A DNA stretch of 64,000 bases from an uncultured SAR86 cluster bacterium (GTDB lineage Bacteria; Pseudomonadota; Gammaproteobacteria; Magnimaribacterales; D2472): the NCBI GenBank assembly GCA_902628925.1, contig CACOPA010000003.1, positions 98,485 through 162,484 of the forward strand, written 5' to 3'. The notes beneath the pieces are model-generated. The model worked only from the letters and a program-made list of their open reading frames with translations, was not told the origin of the DNA and made no database searches. The position numbers and the translations under genes are program-made. This document shows, piece after piece, positions 1 to 14,703 of the stretch; position 1 is the first letter of the stretch; each line of letters starts with the position of its first letter.

Positions 1-375
1 CAACTTCAAACGCTTGATGACAAAACTTTAAGTGAAAAAGATATTTCCTCTGGCACTTATCTTATAAATGTTTGGGCAAGTTGGTGCATTACCTGCAGAG
101 TTGAGCACCCATTTCTGATTGATTTAAAAGATAAAGGAGTTCCCATTATTGGTTTGAATTATAAGGATAATAAAGATGATGCAATAAATTGGCTGAAAAA
201 CTTTAAGAGCCCATATGAAATTTCAATACATGATTTTTATGGAACATTAGCATTAGATTTGGGTGTGACGGGTGCACCTGAAACTTATTTATTAAAAGAT
301 GGCATTATCGTTAGAAGACATATTGGCGAACTGAATATTGAAAAGTGGAGGCAAGATTTTGAAGAGTTTTTCTAG
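1..375 (+). CDS. ccmG: Thiol:disulfide interchange protein CcmG/DsbE (5' end outside window)
   Basis: Frame 1 is open from the window edge. The translation contains NVWASWCITCRVEHP (thioredoxin-fold WCxxC typical of CcmG). It is followed directly by ccmH. Confidence 0.8.
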   Translation, partial: QLQTLDDKTLSEKDISSGTYLINVWASWCITCRVEHPFLIDLKDKGVPIIGLNYKDNKDDAINWLKNFKSPYEISIHDFYGTLALDLGVTGAPETYLLKDGIIVRRHIGELNIEKWRQDFEEFF

Positions 376-742
376 AAAATCTTTAATTGTTTTATTCCTT
401 TTATTTCATATAGATTCGTTTGGTAATGACATTTATGAATTTAAAGACTCCTATCAAGAGCAAAGATTTTTCAGCTTAATTGATGAGATTCGGTGTCCAA
501 AGTGCACAAGTGGAAGCCTTGCTAGTTCCGATGCACCGGTATCAAAAGACTTAAAGGATAGAATCTATTTTATGATCCTTGATGAAAAATCTGATCAAGA
601 GATCAAAGATTTTGTTATTCAAAGATATGGTAAGGAATCTGATTATAATCCTTCATTCTCAGAAAACTTGCTTCTCTGGTTAATGCCATTAATATTTTTC
701 ATTTCCATCATTATTTTTTTTGGCCTAAAAAAAAGGATTTAG
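359..742 (+). CDS. ccmH: Cytochrome c-type biogenesis protein CcmH
   Basis: Signal-like N-terminus, RCPKCTSGSLASSDAPVSKDLK (CcmH CxxC motif) and a C-terminal TM helix. The start is ambiguous: TTG 338, or TTG 359 with GGAGG 7 nt upstream. Confidence 0.8.
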   Translation: MKSFSRKSLIVLFLLFHIDSFGNDIYEFKDSYQEQRFFSLIDEIRCPKCTSGSLASSDAPVSKDLKDRIYFMILDEKSDQEIKDFVIQRYGKESDYNPSFSENLLLWLMPLIFFISIIIFFGLKKRI

Positions 743-743
743 A

Positions 744-1535
744 TTGCTGTATTTAGTATTCGGAATCTCTCTCATACCAATACTTTTTTACTTGTTTTCA
801 AGAGGAGTGAATCACAAGTCAGTGGTTTTATTATCTGCAAGTTTGATCTATGGATTTATTTATTTTTCCTATTTCTCTAGCTATCAAATCATTGGATCTC
901 ATAGAGAGGTTAAGCTTATAAATTCAATCGATTCACAAATTTTTGAAAATACTGATGTTTCTTTCGAGGAGTTAGCTGAGATTTCAAAGCTACAGAGTCA
1001 AGAATTAAGTTTTTTATATATAGCTAAAAAGGCAAATGAAGCCATTTCAAATAATTTACTCATTTCAGCTGAAAGCTTATTAAAGTTTATAAATCAAAAT
1101 TTTAAGGAAGAAGAGTTTCAAGTTGATACTTTTAATTTATTAGCAGACCTTAGAGATGCCAAATACCCGAAATATTCTCAGGCATCTGTCCTGATTAATT
1201 TTAATTTAATAGATGGACCTAAATGCAAAAATGGAATAATTGACACACAAGTGTTTCTTAAAAATGGACCCTTATTACCTTTGGCTGTGTCTTCAGATAG
1301 TTTAAGTGATATTAAAAACAATAACCTAATACTTGATAAGACCAACGCTGTTGTTCGAGGATTTGATATTCCATCAGCAGCACTTAATAAAGAAAATACC
1401 TCAATTTTCATAGAACTAAAATGCATTGACGGAACTTATGATTACGAGTCAAATATTAACTTTTCTAAGCCCATAGAGGCAGCACCATGGCAAGTAAATA
1501 TTAGTGATTCTGAATGGTCTAAAAGGGAACAATAG
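744..1535 (+). CDS. Hypothetical membrane-anchored protein in the position of ccmI
   Basis: 263-aa ORF with a TTG start 1 nt after the ccmH stop and a hydrophobic N-terminus. I recognise no TPR signature, so CcmI identity rests on position only. Confidence 0.45.
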   Translation: MLYLVFGISLIPILFYLFSRGVNHKSVVLLSASLIYGFIYFSYFSSYQIIGSHREVKLINSIDSQIFENTDVSFEELAEISKLQSQELSFLYIAKKANEAISNNLLISAESLLKFINQNFKEEEFQVDTFNLLADLRDAKYPKYSQASVLINFNLIDGPKCKNGIIDTQVFLKNGPLLPLAVSSDSLSDIKNNNLILDKTNAVVRGFDIPSAALNKENTSIFIELKCIDGTYDYESNINFSKPIEAAPWQVNISDSEWSKREQ

Positions 1536-1551
1536 TTTAAAATAACTATAC

Positions 1552-3734
1552 ATGCAGCTTAAACATCTTAAACTTGCTGGCTTTAAGAGTTTCGTTGATC
1601 CAACGAGGATATCCTTCCCCACAAATATGGTAGCCGTAGTAGGTCCTAACGGATGTGGTAAATCAAATATTATTGATGCAGTAAGGTGGGTTCTTGGCGA
1701 GTTATCAGCTAAAAATCTCCGGGGCGAGTCAATGGCAGATGTAATTTTTAACGGTTCAGAATTAAGAAAGGCATCTGGTCAGTGCAGCATAGAATTACTC
1801 TTTGACAACTCAATGGGTAAATTGGGAGGTGAATATTCAAAATATAATGAAATATCTGTTAAAAGGGTAATGACTAGAGATGGAAAATCAAACTATTTCA
1901 TTAATAAAGCGAAAGTTAGGCGTAGAGATGTTCAAGAAATTTTCTTGGGAACAGGACTAGGACCAAATAGTTACGCAATAATTGAGCAAGGGATGATCTC
2001 AAAGATCGTCTCAGCAAGACCTGAGGATTTGAGAATCTATATAGAAGAGGCTGCAGGTATTTCCAAGTTCAAAGAAAGACGTAAAGAAACTGAATCTAAG
2101 ATTAAACGAACCAAAGAGAATATCTCAAGAGTAAAAGATATAAGAGATGAAATTAAGCGTTTAATTGGTCGATTAGAAAGACAGGCAAAGGCTGCAGAAA
2201 AATACAATGAATTGAGTTCTCAGGAAACAGACATAAAACTCAAAATTTCAATAATGAATTCACTTTCAGCTAAGACCCAAAGAGATAAAATTAATTTAAG
2301 TCTCAGAGATTTAACTAGTAAGCTTAAGGTAGCTAATGGTGAAGTCTTAACTATTCAATCGAAGATTGATCAGATTAAAACCGAGCATCAAGATACTCTT
2401 GCTGCTTATGACGAGGCTCAAAAATCCTTTTATGGCGTAGGTTCTGAGTTAGCTCGATTAGAAGAAAGCTTGCAAAACCTTACCTCAGCTGAAGCGAATA
2501 CTAAAACCGATATTATTAAAGCAAATCAGGCTTATGAAGATGCTATAAAAAAAGCTACTGATTTTGAAGAATTGTCGCCAAAAGAGAAGGCTCTTCATAT
2601 TCTTGAAAAATTAATTTCTTCAATTAACAAAAGCGAATTGAAAGAATTAGCTTTGCAGTTAAAAGAGATCCTCCACAAAGTCCTGAATATTGCTTCAGAA
2701 CAGACAAAGGACTTTGCCCAAGAATTCAAGCAAAGAATAGGTGAGCTTGAGCTAAAACTTGATGAAATTTCTAAGAAGAAATCTGAAACCCAAGATCTGC
2801 TTACAAAACAAGTTGAGATGAAATCTTCATCTGAATCAGGGTTGTTAAAAATTAAGCAGGATCAATCTAAAGTCACCGATGAGATAAATCATTTAGAAAA
2901 CCAGAAGGGATTACTTCAAATTGATGAAAAGAATTTAGAAGAAAAGATTAATCAAAATAAACTTGATTTGAGGACTTTTGAAATAAATTTAGAAAACTCA
3001 TCAAAATTACTAGAAAAAAATAATATTAATATTGAGAATTTAGATCCTTGCGACTATAACAATCTTTCACTCGATGGCTTGGAAAGCGATCTAAATTCTG
3101 TACAAAATAAAATTACCTCTTTAGGGGCAATAAATTTGGCCGCTCCTGAAGAAATTAAATCTGAATCAGAAAGGATGTCAGAGTTGGATCGCCAAATTAA
3201 TGATCTTAATGAGGCATTAGATAAATTGCAGATAGCTATACAAAAAATTGATAATGAATCAAGATCTAAATTTGAATCAAGCTTTAAGGCGGTGAATGAA
3301 AAAATATCTGAAATTTTTCCTACACTCTTTGGAGGTGGGAAAGCTGAGCTCAGACTTTTAGAAGGCGATGCTCTTTCGAGTGGCGTTGTTCTTATGGCAA
3401 CACCTCCTGGCAAGAAGAATTCAAATATTTCTCAACTTTCTGGTGGCGAAAAAGCTTTAACTGCGCTTTCACTGGTCTTCGCTCTATTTAAACTTAATCC
3501 TGCACCGTTTTGCATGCTTGATGAGGTCGACGCTCCATTAGATGATCAAAATACTACCCGGTTTGTGAATATGGTTGAATCAATGTCACCTGAAGTTCAA
3601 TTTATATTTATAACGCACAATAAGATCTCGATGGAAAAAAGTGATCATCTCATGGGGATTACAATGCAAGAGGCTGGTGTTTCGAGAGTTGTATCTGTTG
3701 ATGTAAGTGAAGCGCTTGAGCTTGCTGCCTCTTA

Positions 3735-3735
<1 letters not shown>
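1552..3735 (+). CDS. smc: Chromosome partition protein SMC, unusually short (727 aa)
   Basis: N-terminal FKSF...GPNGCGKSNIIDA (Walker A). C-terminal LSGGEKALTALSLVFALF (signature motif) and CMLDEVDAPLDD (Walker B). The middle is coiled-coil-like. Confidence 0.9.
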
Positions 3736-7051
<3,316 letters not shown>

Positions 7052-7055
<4 letters not shown>

Positions 7056-9889
7056 CTTAGTTCTTTTTGATGCAATGAAAGGCTCTTGAAGTCAGATTCA
7101 AAGTCTCTACTTCCAATAACTGATTTAAATGATTTTGTTGTGAGATACTTCTCTGCTACTTCATGTAAATCTTGCAATCGAGTGTTTAAAATTTTATTTC
7201 TATAATCCAGACGCATTTCATGATTAATTCCATTGAGGTTTTGATAAAAATCTGACTTGGCTTCACCCACAGGAGACAGAGGCTTATCCACACTTGAGAT
7301 AACATTTAAAACTGCCTCATCAAGATGTTTGTTTTTTAAATTATGTTTTACCCAATTAATGGATGATTGAAATTCGTGGAAGGTTTCACCACAGTTAGGA
7401 TCTCTGTATGAGAAGAATTTAAAGACTCCTGAGCTTGCATCATGCATTGCACCCGCACCATAAGCACCTCCTTTTTCACGGATAGCAGTATGTAAGTAGC
7501 CATTCCTTAACGCAGCACCCAATAGAGATAACTTCGGAGCATCATCATGCAAGAAATTGACTCCTTTGAAAGTTTCAGCACAATAATTAACTTGCGCAGG
7601 GATTATCCAAGCTGTTTCGTTTTTAAAAATTGGAACATTGGTTTGAGTATTTTGAAAGCTTGAATCAGTAACAAGACTCTCTGAAAGGGCATTTGCATCT
7701 GACAATACGGTTAATATATTGCTAGGATTGCTTTTAACTTTTTCATGTATATTTCTTAATATTTCAACTATCTCATTACATCCTTTTTCAATACCATATT
7801 CATTAATAATTGATTTAATGCCCTGCAGCTTTTTGATTCCAAACATGGATGCATTAAGGGCAGCAAAGGAAGATATTCCACCTGCAGCATAATCCATAGC
7901 TAATCCATGACCATTTGAGTTTATTGCTTCTTCATTTCTTGCAATGCTGTATTGAATTAATTCTTGTATTCTTTTAGTTTCATCAAATCTTGCATGATTA
8001 ATTGATTCAATGATGAGGTCCCTCATTTTTGATGCATTTTTTTCTAAAGATTTTGCTGAAATAATTAGGGATAATTTTTGCTCTCCTGAAAAGTGGTTTA
8101 TATCAGGTTTAATCGAGGCTGATATGTTTCCAGTAATAAGAGATTGATACTCTTGAATTTCATCATAGCCCTTATCGTTCAACCCTACGTTGGTCAAAAG
8201 ATATGCATACAAAGAGGCTATACCAATTTCTTCTTCATTTAAATCTTCCAGTGAAAAAATGTAGTCATGATAAATAATCCCATTCGTACCTGCTTTATAA
8301 AATTTCTTTTCGTTTAAAGTAGAGATTTCTGGAAATGATCTAGAGTCAGGAATGTCTTTTTTTTCTATTTTTGGCAATATTGATTCATCATCAACCTGAT
8401 TTTGTCTATTGTTTAACCTAGTTGAGAGTTCTATGATTTCTTTTTTACTTGATTCATCCAATTCTTGATTCTTTTGGGCAAGATAAGCTTTGTAATATGT
8501 ATTTTCTTTGTCATTAAATTCAGGATCTGCCTTGAGTTCAAATAATAACCTATGCTTATTATCAATAAGGCAGTCTTTAATTAATGTATCAATATAGTCG
8601 CCGCTATTAACTTTCTCTTTAAGTAGCTCAATATTTTTATTAATATCAAGCAAAGAAATTGGATCTTCATCATGGATACAGCCCCCCATAGCACCAAGGA
8701 TAAGTTGAAGACCATATGGCATTGTTCCACCAGATATCTCTCTTTGACTAATCTCAAGTTGATGGAGTGCCGCATCAATTTTTGATTGAGATATTCCTCC
8801 GCACAAAGCTGATTCCAAAGAGTCCATAACTAGCTTTTCGATATCTTTAGCTTTGTCTGGTAACACGCCCTCAAGTCCTACTGCAAAAACCAATTCTTTA
8901 TTGCTTGGCTCCAGACCCATAATTGGTGAAATTGAAGAGCCAAGATCGGTTGTTTCAAGAGCATGACGTAGAGGAGAGGAGGAGTTATCGATAAGTAAAC
9001 TGCTAAGAAAATATTTTTCTAACAAATTAAAAGAGTCATAACTCTTTCCTAGCAACCAACTCACAACAACATGATTGCTATCTTTTTTATCTTCAGTGGG
9101 TTGGTAATATTCAAAAGAATATTTTGGGCTTTCAAATTTTTTTGCAAGTGGGACACTTAATGCGCTTTCAAGCGGATCAAATTTACTCATTACATTTTCT
9201 TCTAAATATTCTTGCAGCTCTTTTACATTCATGTCACCAAAAGAATAAAACGATGCATTTGTGGGGTGATAATGACTTTGATGAAAATTGACTAGATCAT
9301 TATGAGTTAAATTTAATATGTCTTTTGGCTCACCACCGCTATTGAATTGATATGTAGTTTCAGGAAAAAGATGCTTTGTCATCCCATGCCACAATTGCGA
9401 ACTCGGAGCACTCATTGCTCCTTTCATTTCATTGAAGACTACCCCTTTTATTTCTAATTCATTATTTTCATTAAACTCTAGTCGATGACCCTCTTGAAAA
9501 AAATCCAGCTCATCAAGGTTTGGGAAGAAGGCCGCATCTGTGTATACTTTTAAAAGATTTTCAAAGTCTTTGGAGTTTTGAGTTGCAAAAGGATAGGCCG
9601 TCCAGTCACTTGAGGTAAATGCATTCATGAATGTGTTAATTGACCGACGGAGCATCATAAAAAAGGGATCTCGAACAGGGTAACGTTTCGACCCACATAA
9701 AGCTGTATGCTCCAAGATATGAGCAATTCCAGTTGAGTCCTCAGGAACAGTTTTAAATGCAACCATAAATACTTTCTCAGAGTTTTCTGATTCAAGATGA
9801 AGATGCTTGGTTTTGAATTTTGAGTGTTGATATAGATTTGCATTAAGATTTAGCAAATCCACTTTCTTAGTATCTATAAGTTCAAACAT
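7052..9889 (-). CDS. M16 family zinc metalloprotease (PreP/M16C-like)
   Basis: 945 aa. Inverted zinc motif HILEH in GIAHILEHTALCGSKRYP. The length and layout fit the presequence-protease subfamily. Confidence 0.85.
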
Positions 9890-9960
9890 ATTAATTATTT
9901 ATTTAGAAAAATTTGAGTAAATCATTATAATAAAAAATAGTTAATCTTTTAATTTATATT

Positions 9961-10470
9961 ATGAAATTTCACTCTTTAGTTTTAAATTTTTTGTGTTTAT
10001 CTATTATTGTTGCCTGCAATACTGGACCTTACTTAAAAACAAATGCAATAGAAGCTTTTGACTTGCCTCTGGATGCTTCGTTAAATATAAAAATCGATAG
10101 GGAAATACCTGCAAAAGTTGATCCAATTTTTGTAGATTTTATTAAACAAGCTGTTAAACAGAATTTATCTGACAGAGGTAATTTAATTTCAGATGAAGCT
10201 AATCTTGTTATTAATATATCACTCAGTTCTGATGAATTTATTAGAGACGAAGGACATTACTATCGCTATCCTTACTATTACAGATCACCTTATGACTTTG
10301 ATCGTATTCGATCAATCGATGAGTTCTATTTAAGAATATCTATATTTGATGTCGAGGCTGATCAAACGCTTTGGACAGGCTTAACAAGATGGAGACCTGG
10401 TTCAGTTTTTGAACCATCAAGTATAGATAAAGCTGAAAACTTAGTTGGTTTAATACTAGAAACTATTTAA
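9961..10470 (+). CDS. Hypothetical lipoprotein
   Basis: Signal peptide ending IIVAC (lipobox). 169 aa with no motif I can assign. Confidence 0.6.
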   Translation: MKFHSLVLNFLCLSIIVACNTGPYLKTNAIEAFDLPLDASLNIKIDREIPAKVDPIFVDFIKQAVKQNLSDRGNLISDEANLVINISLSSDEFIRDEGHYYRYPYYYRSPYDFDRIRSIDEFYLRISIFDVEADQTLWTGLTRWRPGSVFEPSSIDKAENLVGLILETI

Positions 10471-12253
10471 ATCTGTTTGGCTGAAGGCTATCCGTCACTA
10501 TTTTTTCTAATGGACTGATATTGTTGCCTATCAAGCTGGCTACATGATCACCAAGGATAGGTCCATAACAAAATCCTCTTGAGCCTAAACCTCCCAACAA
10601 GAATACGTTTTTGTATTCTTTATAATGGCCTGAAATTGGTAACTTATCTTTTGAAATGACCCTTATCTGAGTTTTTGATCCACATTCATTTTGAGCATTT
10701 TGCAGATTGAATTGATCACACTGAAATTCGATCATTTCTTGCAGTTTACTTTTATTTACATCCATATTTTGAAATTGATTTTCATAGGACGATCCAATCC
10801 AATTAACTTCATCTTTTAGGGGAAGTATGTATCCATTGGAGTTGATTGGCATCTGAATAGAATCAGAGATTTTTGCTGCAGCTAATTGACCTTTTGAAAG
10901 CATTAAATTGCTTGAGAAATTAATTAATCCTGATCCATGAGCAAGAACCAGATAATCAAATGTTAATTCTTTATTATCTTGAAAATATAATTTAACTGAT
11001 GATGAATTCGAATCAAAGCTCTTAAATTCATAATTTTTATTAACGGTAATATTTTTATGCTCAATCAAACATCCATTCATCTTTACCGGATCAAGATACC
11101 CACCATGATTAAAAATTACCCCCTCAAAGTTATCATATCCAGTTGAATTCTTTTCATCGCTGAAGACAAATAAATCCTCCCTATTAAGCATCTTTAACTT
11201 TTTAATCCATTTTTCTGTTCTCTTATCATGATTCAAAAATGCAACCCCGGTTCTGAAGTAGGCATCACAATTAAGAGATTTATAAAATCTATCGGCATAA
11301 AAAAAACTTGAAAGATTCAAGGTATTGATTGGTTGCTCATTTGGATTAAAACGAGGATAGAGTGCCGCTAGGGGATTGCCAGATGCGCCAGAAGAAATTT
11401 CACCATTGATCTCAAAGAGCTCAACAGTATGCCCATTTTTTGCAAGATGATAGGCCGTAGAACATCCCGCGATACCTGAACCAACCACAGCAACCCTTTT
11501 AAAAGTTTGTTTTTGTTCTATTTGAGAATAGGATCCTGCAAGATGATGTCGCTTAAATTTAAACCCCTTTTTTCTTTCAACCTCAAAACCTCTTTCTGAT
11601 AGTCCTCTGCGGATGAAACCTGCTGCTGAGAAGGTTGATAAGGTTGTATTTTTATGAGAATGAATTTTTATAAAATCCAATACATCATTACTCCACATAA
11701 CAGGATTGGCTTTTGGATCAAAGCCATCTAGATACCATGCATCCATCATAAAGCCTCCATTGAGGTCTCTTATTGCATCAATTACGTCTCCTATATAAAG
11801 AATTAATTCAACATTCCAATTTGAAAAAAAGAACTTATTTATCCCTTTATGAATCGGATCGAAAGATTCAAAGAATCCATCCTCAAGATCTTTAAGTATT
11901 TTAAATTTTTTAAATAATCTTTTTATTTCTGTTTGTGTCGGGACTTTATGATCAATGCTAATGAAAGTCAGCAAACCATTATTTGAATTTTTAAGCCAAG
12001 ATTTACAGGTTGAAAGAAAATTTAACCCGAAGCCAAAACCTATCTCACCTATTACAAGATTTGTATCATTTAAGGCTCTTTGAAGAATTAGATTTGGTTC
12101 TATGAAGACATGCTCAATCTCGTCCAATGCATCATCTTGAAAAAAAATGTCATTGGAATCTAATGAAAATGGGAGATCATTCTGCCATTTCAGTTGATGA
12201 GTTTCTAAAGTTAATTTATGAAAGGCATCAGACACGTTATCTAAGCCTTTCAA
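10463..12253 (-). CDS. mnmC: Bifunctional tRNA (mnm5s2U34) methyltransferase / FAD-dependent cmnm5s2U34 oxidoreductase MnmC
   Basis: The N-terminal methyltransferase half has AWYLDGFDPKANPVMWS. The C-terminal DAO half has VAVVGSGIAGCSTAYHLAKNGH (FAD Rossmann fold). Confidence 0.9.
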   Translation of the reverse strand: MKGLDNVSDAFHKLTLETHQLKWQNDLPFSLDSNDIFFQDDALDEIEHVFIEPNLILQRALNDTNLVIGEIGFGFGLNFLSTCKSWLKNSNNGLLTFISIDHKVPTQTEIKRLFKKFKILKDLEDGFFESFDPIHKGINKFFFSNWNVELILYIGDVIDAIRDLNGGFMMDAWYLDGFDPKANPVMWSNDVLDFIKIHSHKNTTLSTFSAAGFIRRGLSERGFEVERKKGFKFKRHHLAGSYSQIEQKQTFKRVAVVGSGIAGCSTAYHLAKNGHTVELFEINGEISSGASGNPLAALYPRFNPNEQPINTLNLSSFFYADRFYKSLNCDAYFRTGVAFLNHDKRTEKWIKKLKMLNREDLFVFSDEKNSTGYDNFEGVIFNHGGYLDPVKMNGCLIEHKNITVNKNYEFKSFDSNSSSVKLYFQDNKELTFDYLVLAHGSGLINFSSNLMLSKGQLAAAKISDSIQMPINSNGYILPLKDEVNWIGSSYENQFQNMDVNKSKLQEMIEFQCDQFNLQNAQNECGSKTQIRVISKDKLPISGHYKEYKNVFLLGGLGSRGFCYGPILGDHVASLIGNNISPLEKIVTDSLQPNRFK

Positions 12254-12268
12254 ATTCCAGATGTAAAA

Positions 12269-13501
12269 CTATTTTCCTGACGGTATATCTTTAAAAGGCA
12301 GGCCTTTATCTGCTCTAGGATCTTGCGGTAATCCTAAGACTCGTTCAGCAATAATATTTTTAAGAATTTCATCAGTACCACCCGCAATCCTAAGACCAGG
12401 TGCGCCAAGCCATGCAGCCTGAAAAGAACTCATTCCATCCTCTTCATCAATTAACATTCCGGCCATATCGCCTGAATCAATTCCAAAATTACCTATGGCT
12501 TGAAGTTTGTTAGCACTAACAATTTTAGTAATTGATGCTTCAGGACCAGGTGCCTCACCTTTTGAGAGGGCTGACATTGTTCTAAATTTTGTGTATTTGA
12601 GTCCATTTGCCTCACAGAACCAATCAGCTAGTTTATCTCTTACGGCTTGATTTTTAATCATAAGCTGACCAAAGTCATCTTTATCTTTGGCTAGAGAAAG
12701 AGCTTCATTTACATCGGCTCCCTTAGCATCACCAACTGCCAATCTTTCATTCATTAATGTGGTGATAGCTACTTTCCATCCATCACCTATTTCCCCAAGT
12801 CTTTGTGAATCGGGAATCCTGACATCATCAAAGTAAACCTCATTAAAGCCAGCACCACTTCCAGCAGTTCCAGTAATTTGTTTTATGGGCTTGACTGTTA
12901 TGCCCGGTGACTTCATATCAACAAAAAAGAAAGTTAAGCCTTTATGTTTTTCCAGATCAGGATCATGTCTGACTACCAAAATCCCATAATCTGAATAGTG
13001 AGCCCCCGAAGTCCATACTTTTTGACCATTAATAACCCACTCATCGCCATCTTTCACGGCTTTACTTCTAAGACCTGCAACATCCGATCCAGCAGATGGC
13101 TCAGAAAATAATTGACACCAGATTTCTTTCCCTTCTGCCATAGGTGGTAAGTACCTTTCTTTCTGTTCTTCTGAGGCATACTGCATCATGACAGGACCAC
13201 ACATTCCAAGACCTATCTCAAAAATACTTCCTGGCACGTCATATTTTGATTCCTCCTGACCCCAAATTATGCGCTCAATTGGGGTTGCATTTATGCCACC
13301 ATATTCCTTTGGCCAATGCAGCATTGCCCAACCTGCATCATATTTCTTTTTTTGCCAAACTTTGGCTTTGGCAATTAATTCTTCCAGGTTACTTTCTACG
13401 TTTATACGTTTGCCTGCATCTTTCAGCTTAGCATTACTATCTAGCCATTCTTTGCACTTAGCTCTAAATTTAGCTTGATCCGGAGTATCATTAAAATCCA
13501 T
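12269..13501 (-). CDS. Acyl-CoA dehydrogenase family protein (likely catalytic subunit)
   Basis: 410 aa with ACAD-like sequence throughout (WCQLFSEPSAGSD, GQKVWTSGA). It is located 12 bp downstream of a second ACAD gene. Confidence 0.9.
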   Translation of the reverse strand: MDFNDTPDQAKFRAKCKEWLDSNAKLKDAGKRINVESNLEELIAKAKVWQKKKYDAGWAMLHWPKEYGGINATPIERIIWGQEESKYDVPGSIFEIGLGMCGPVMMQYASEEQKERYLPPMAEGKEIWCQLFSEPSAGSDVAGLRSKAVKDGDEWVINGQKVWTSGAHYSDYGILVVRHDPDLEKHKGLTFFFVDMKSPGITVKPIKQITGTAGSGAGFNEVYFDDVRIPDSQRLGEIGDGWKVAITTLMNERLAVGDAKGADVNEALSLAKDKDDFGQLMIKNQAVRDKLADWFCEANGLKYTKFRTMSALSKGEAPGPEASITKIVSANKLQAIGNFGIDSGDMAGMLIDEEDGMSSFQAAWLGAPGLRIAGGTDEILKNIIAERVLGLPQDPRADKGLPFKDIPSGK

Positions 13502-13513
13502 ATTATTTCCTCG

Positions 13514-14629
13514 TTAATTAAGTGTATTTGTTTTTTCCATCGCAGAAACGAGCTTTTCTTTCCAGCTTGCTTCTGATCCTAAGTTTAGTGAAAGAACTTT
13601 AGATCGCTTGTAAAAGAGATGACAGTCATATTCCCAAGTAAATCCATTTCCTCCATGAGTTTGAATATTCTCTTTAGCACATAACTGAAAAGCTTTTGTA
13701 GCACTTACTCGTGAAGTGGCTGCAGCAAGTGGCAACTCTGATGACTCAGATGAAAGTGCCCAGGCACCGTAATAACAATTTGATTTTGCCAAAGTTACTG
13801 CAACATACATATCAGCAAGTTTGTGCTTAATAGCTTGATAAGAACCGATCTGTCTCCCAAATGCATAACGCTCCATAGCATATTCTTTAGCCATATCAAG
13901 AGCTTGCTGCGAACCGCCAACTTGCTCAAAGGCAAATAGTACGGCCGCCTGATCCATAATATGAACATGAGATTCCCAGCCAGAACCTTGATCACCCAAA
14001 AGAGATGACTGAGCATTATTAAAAGCTACTTTATAAAATGATCTTGATTTATCTAAATTTTTTTGAAGAGAGATTTCAACTCCATCAGAATTCAAGTCAA
14101 CCAACCTTAATTCTGGACCTTTAGTTCCTTTAACTAAAACAACTGCATGAGTTGCAAGTTCAGCATCTGGGACAGCTATTTTTGCTCCAGTGACAGAGTC
14201 GCCCTCAACAGCACATGAAAGAGTTGATTCAGTAATTGCAGACATATCTTCAGCAACTGCATAGGTACCTACGATTTCACCTGTAACAAGTTTTGGAAGA
14301 ACATTTTTTTTAATTTCCTCAGACCCATATTTAATGATGGTTTCAGTAAATAAATAGACTGAAGACGAAAAGGGTATTGGAGCCAAAGCTCTCCCAATTT
14401 CTTCAGCAATCACGCATAGTTCTAGGTGACCAAGACCCAAGCCACCATATTCTTCAGGAATTCGAATTCCTGTCCAACCGAGTTCAAGCACTTTTCCCCA
14501 TAGTGCTTCATCATGGCTAAGGCTCTCATCCATTACCTTCCTAGTGTTAGTAAGCCCACCTTCTTTATCAAAAAATTTTCGAGCTTCATCTTGTAAGAAT
14601 TTTTGATCGTCAGAAAAATCTAGGTTCAT
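13514..14629 (-). CDS. Acyl-CoA dehydrogenase family protein (possibly non-catalytic partner)
   Basis: 371 aa with an ACAD fold (QTHGGNGFTWEYDCHLFYKR). It is the first gene of a two-gene ACAD pair. Confidence 0.85.
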   Translation of the reverse strand: MNLDFSDDQKFLQDEARKFFDKEGGLTNTRKVMDESLSHDEALWGKVLELGWTGIRIPEEYGGLGLGHLELCVIAEEIGRALAPIPFSSSVYLFTETIIKYGSEEIKKNVLPKLVTGEIVGTYAVAEDMSAITESTLSCAVEGDSVTGAKIAVPDAELATHAVVLVKGTKGPELRLVDLNSDGVEISLQKNLDKSRSFYKVAFNNAQSSLLGDQGSGWESHVHIMDQAAVLFAFEQVGGSQQALDMAKEYAMERYAFGRQIGSYQAIKHKLADMYVAVTLAKSNCYYGAWALSSESSELPLAAATSRVSATKAFQLCAKENIQTHGGNGFTWEYDCHLFYKRSKVLSLNLGSEASWKEKLVSAMEKTNTLN

Positions 14630-14703
14630 AGCTTAATGTTTAAATATTTTTAGTAATTAGTTAGTTAATTGATTAACATATTAAAACATAAATCATACCC
14701 ATC

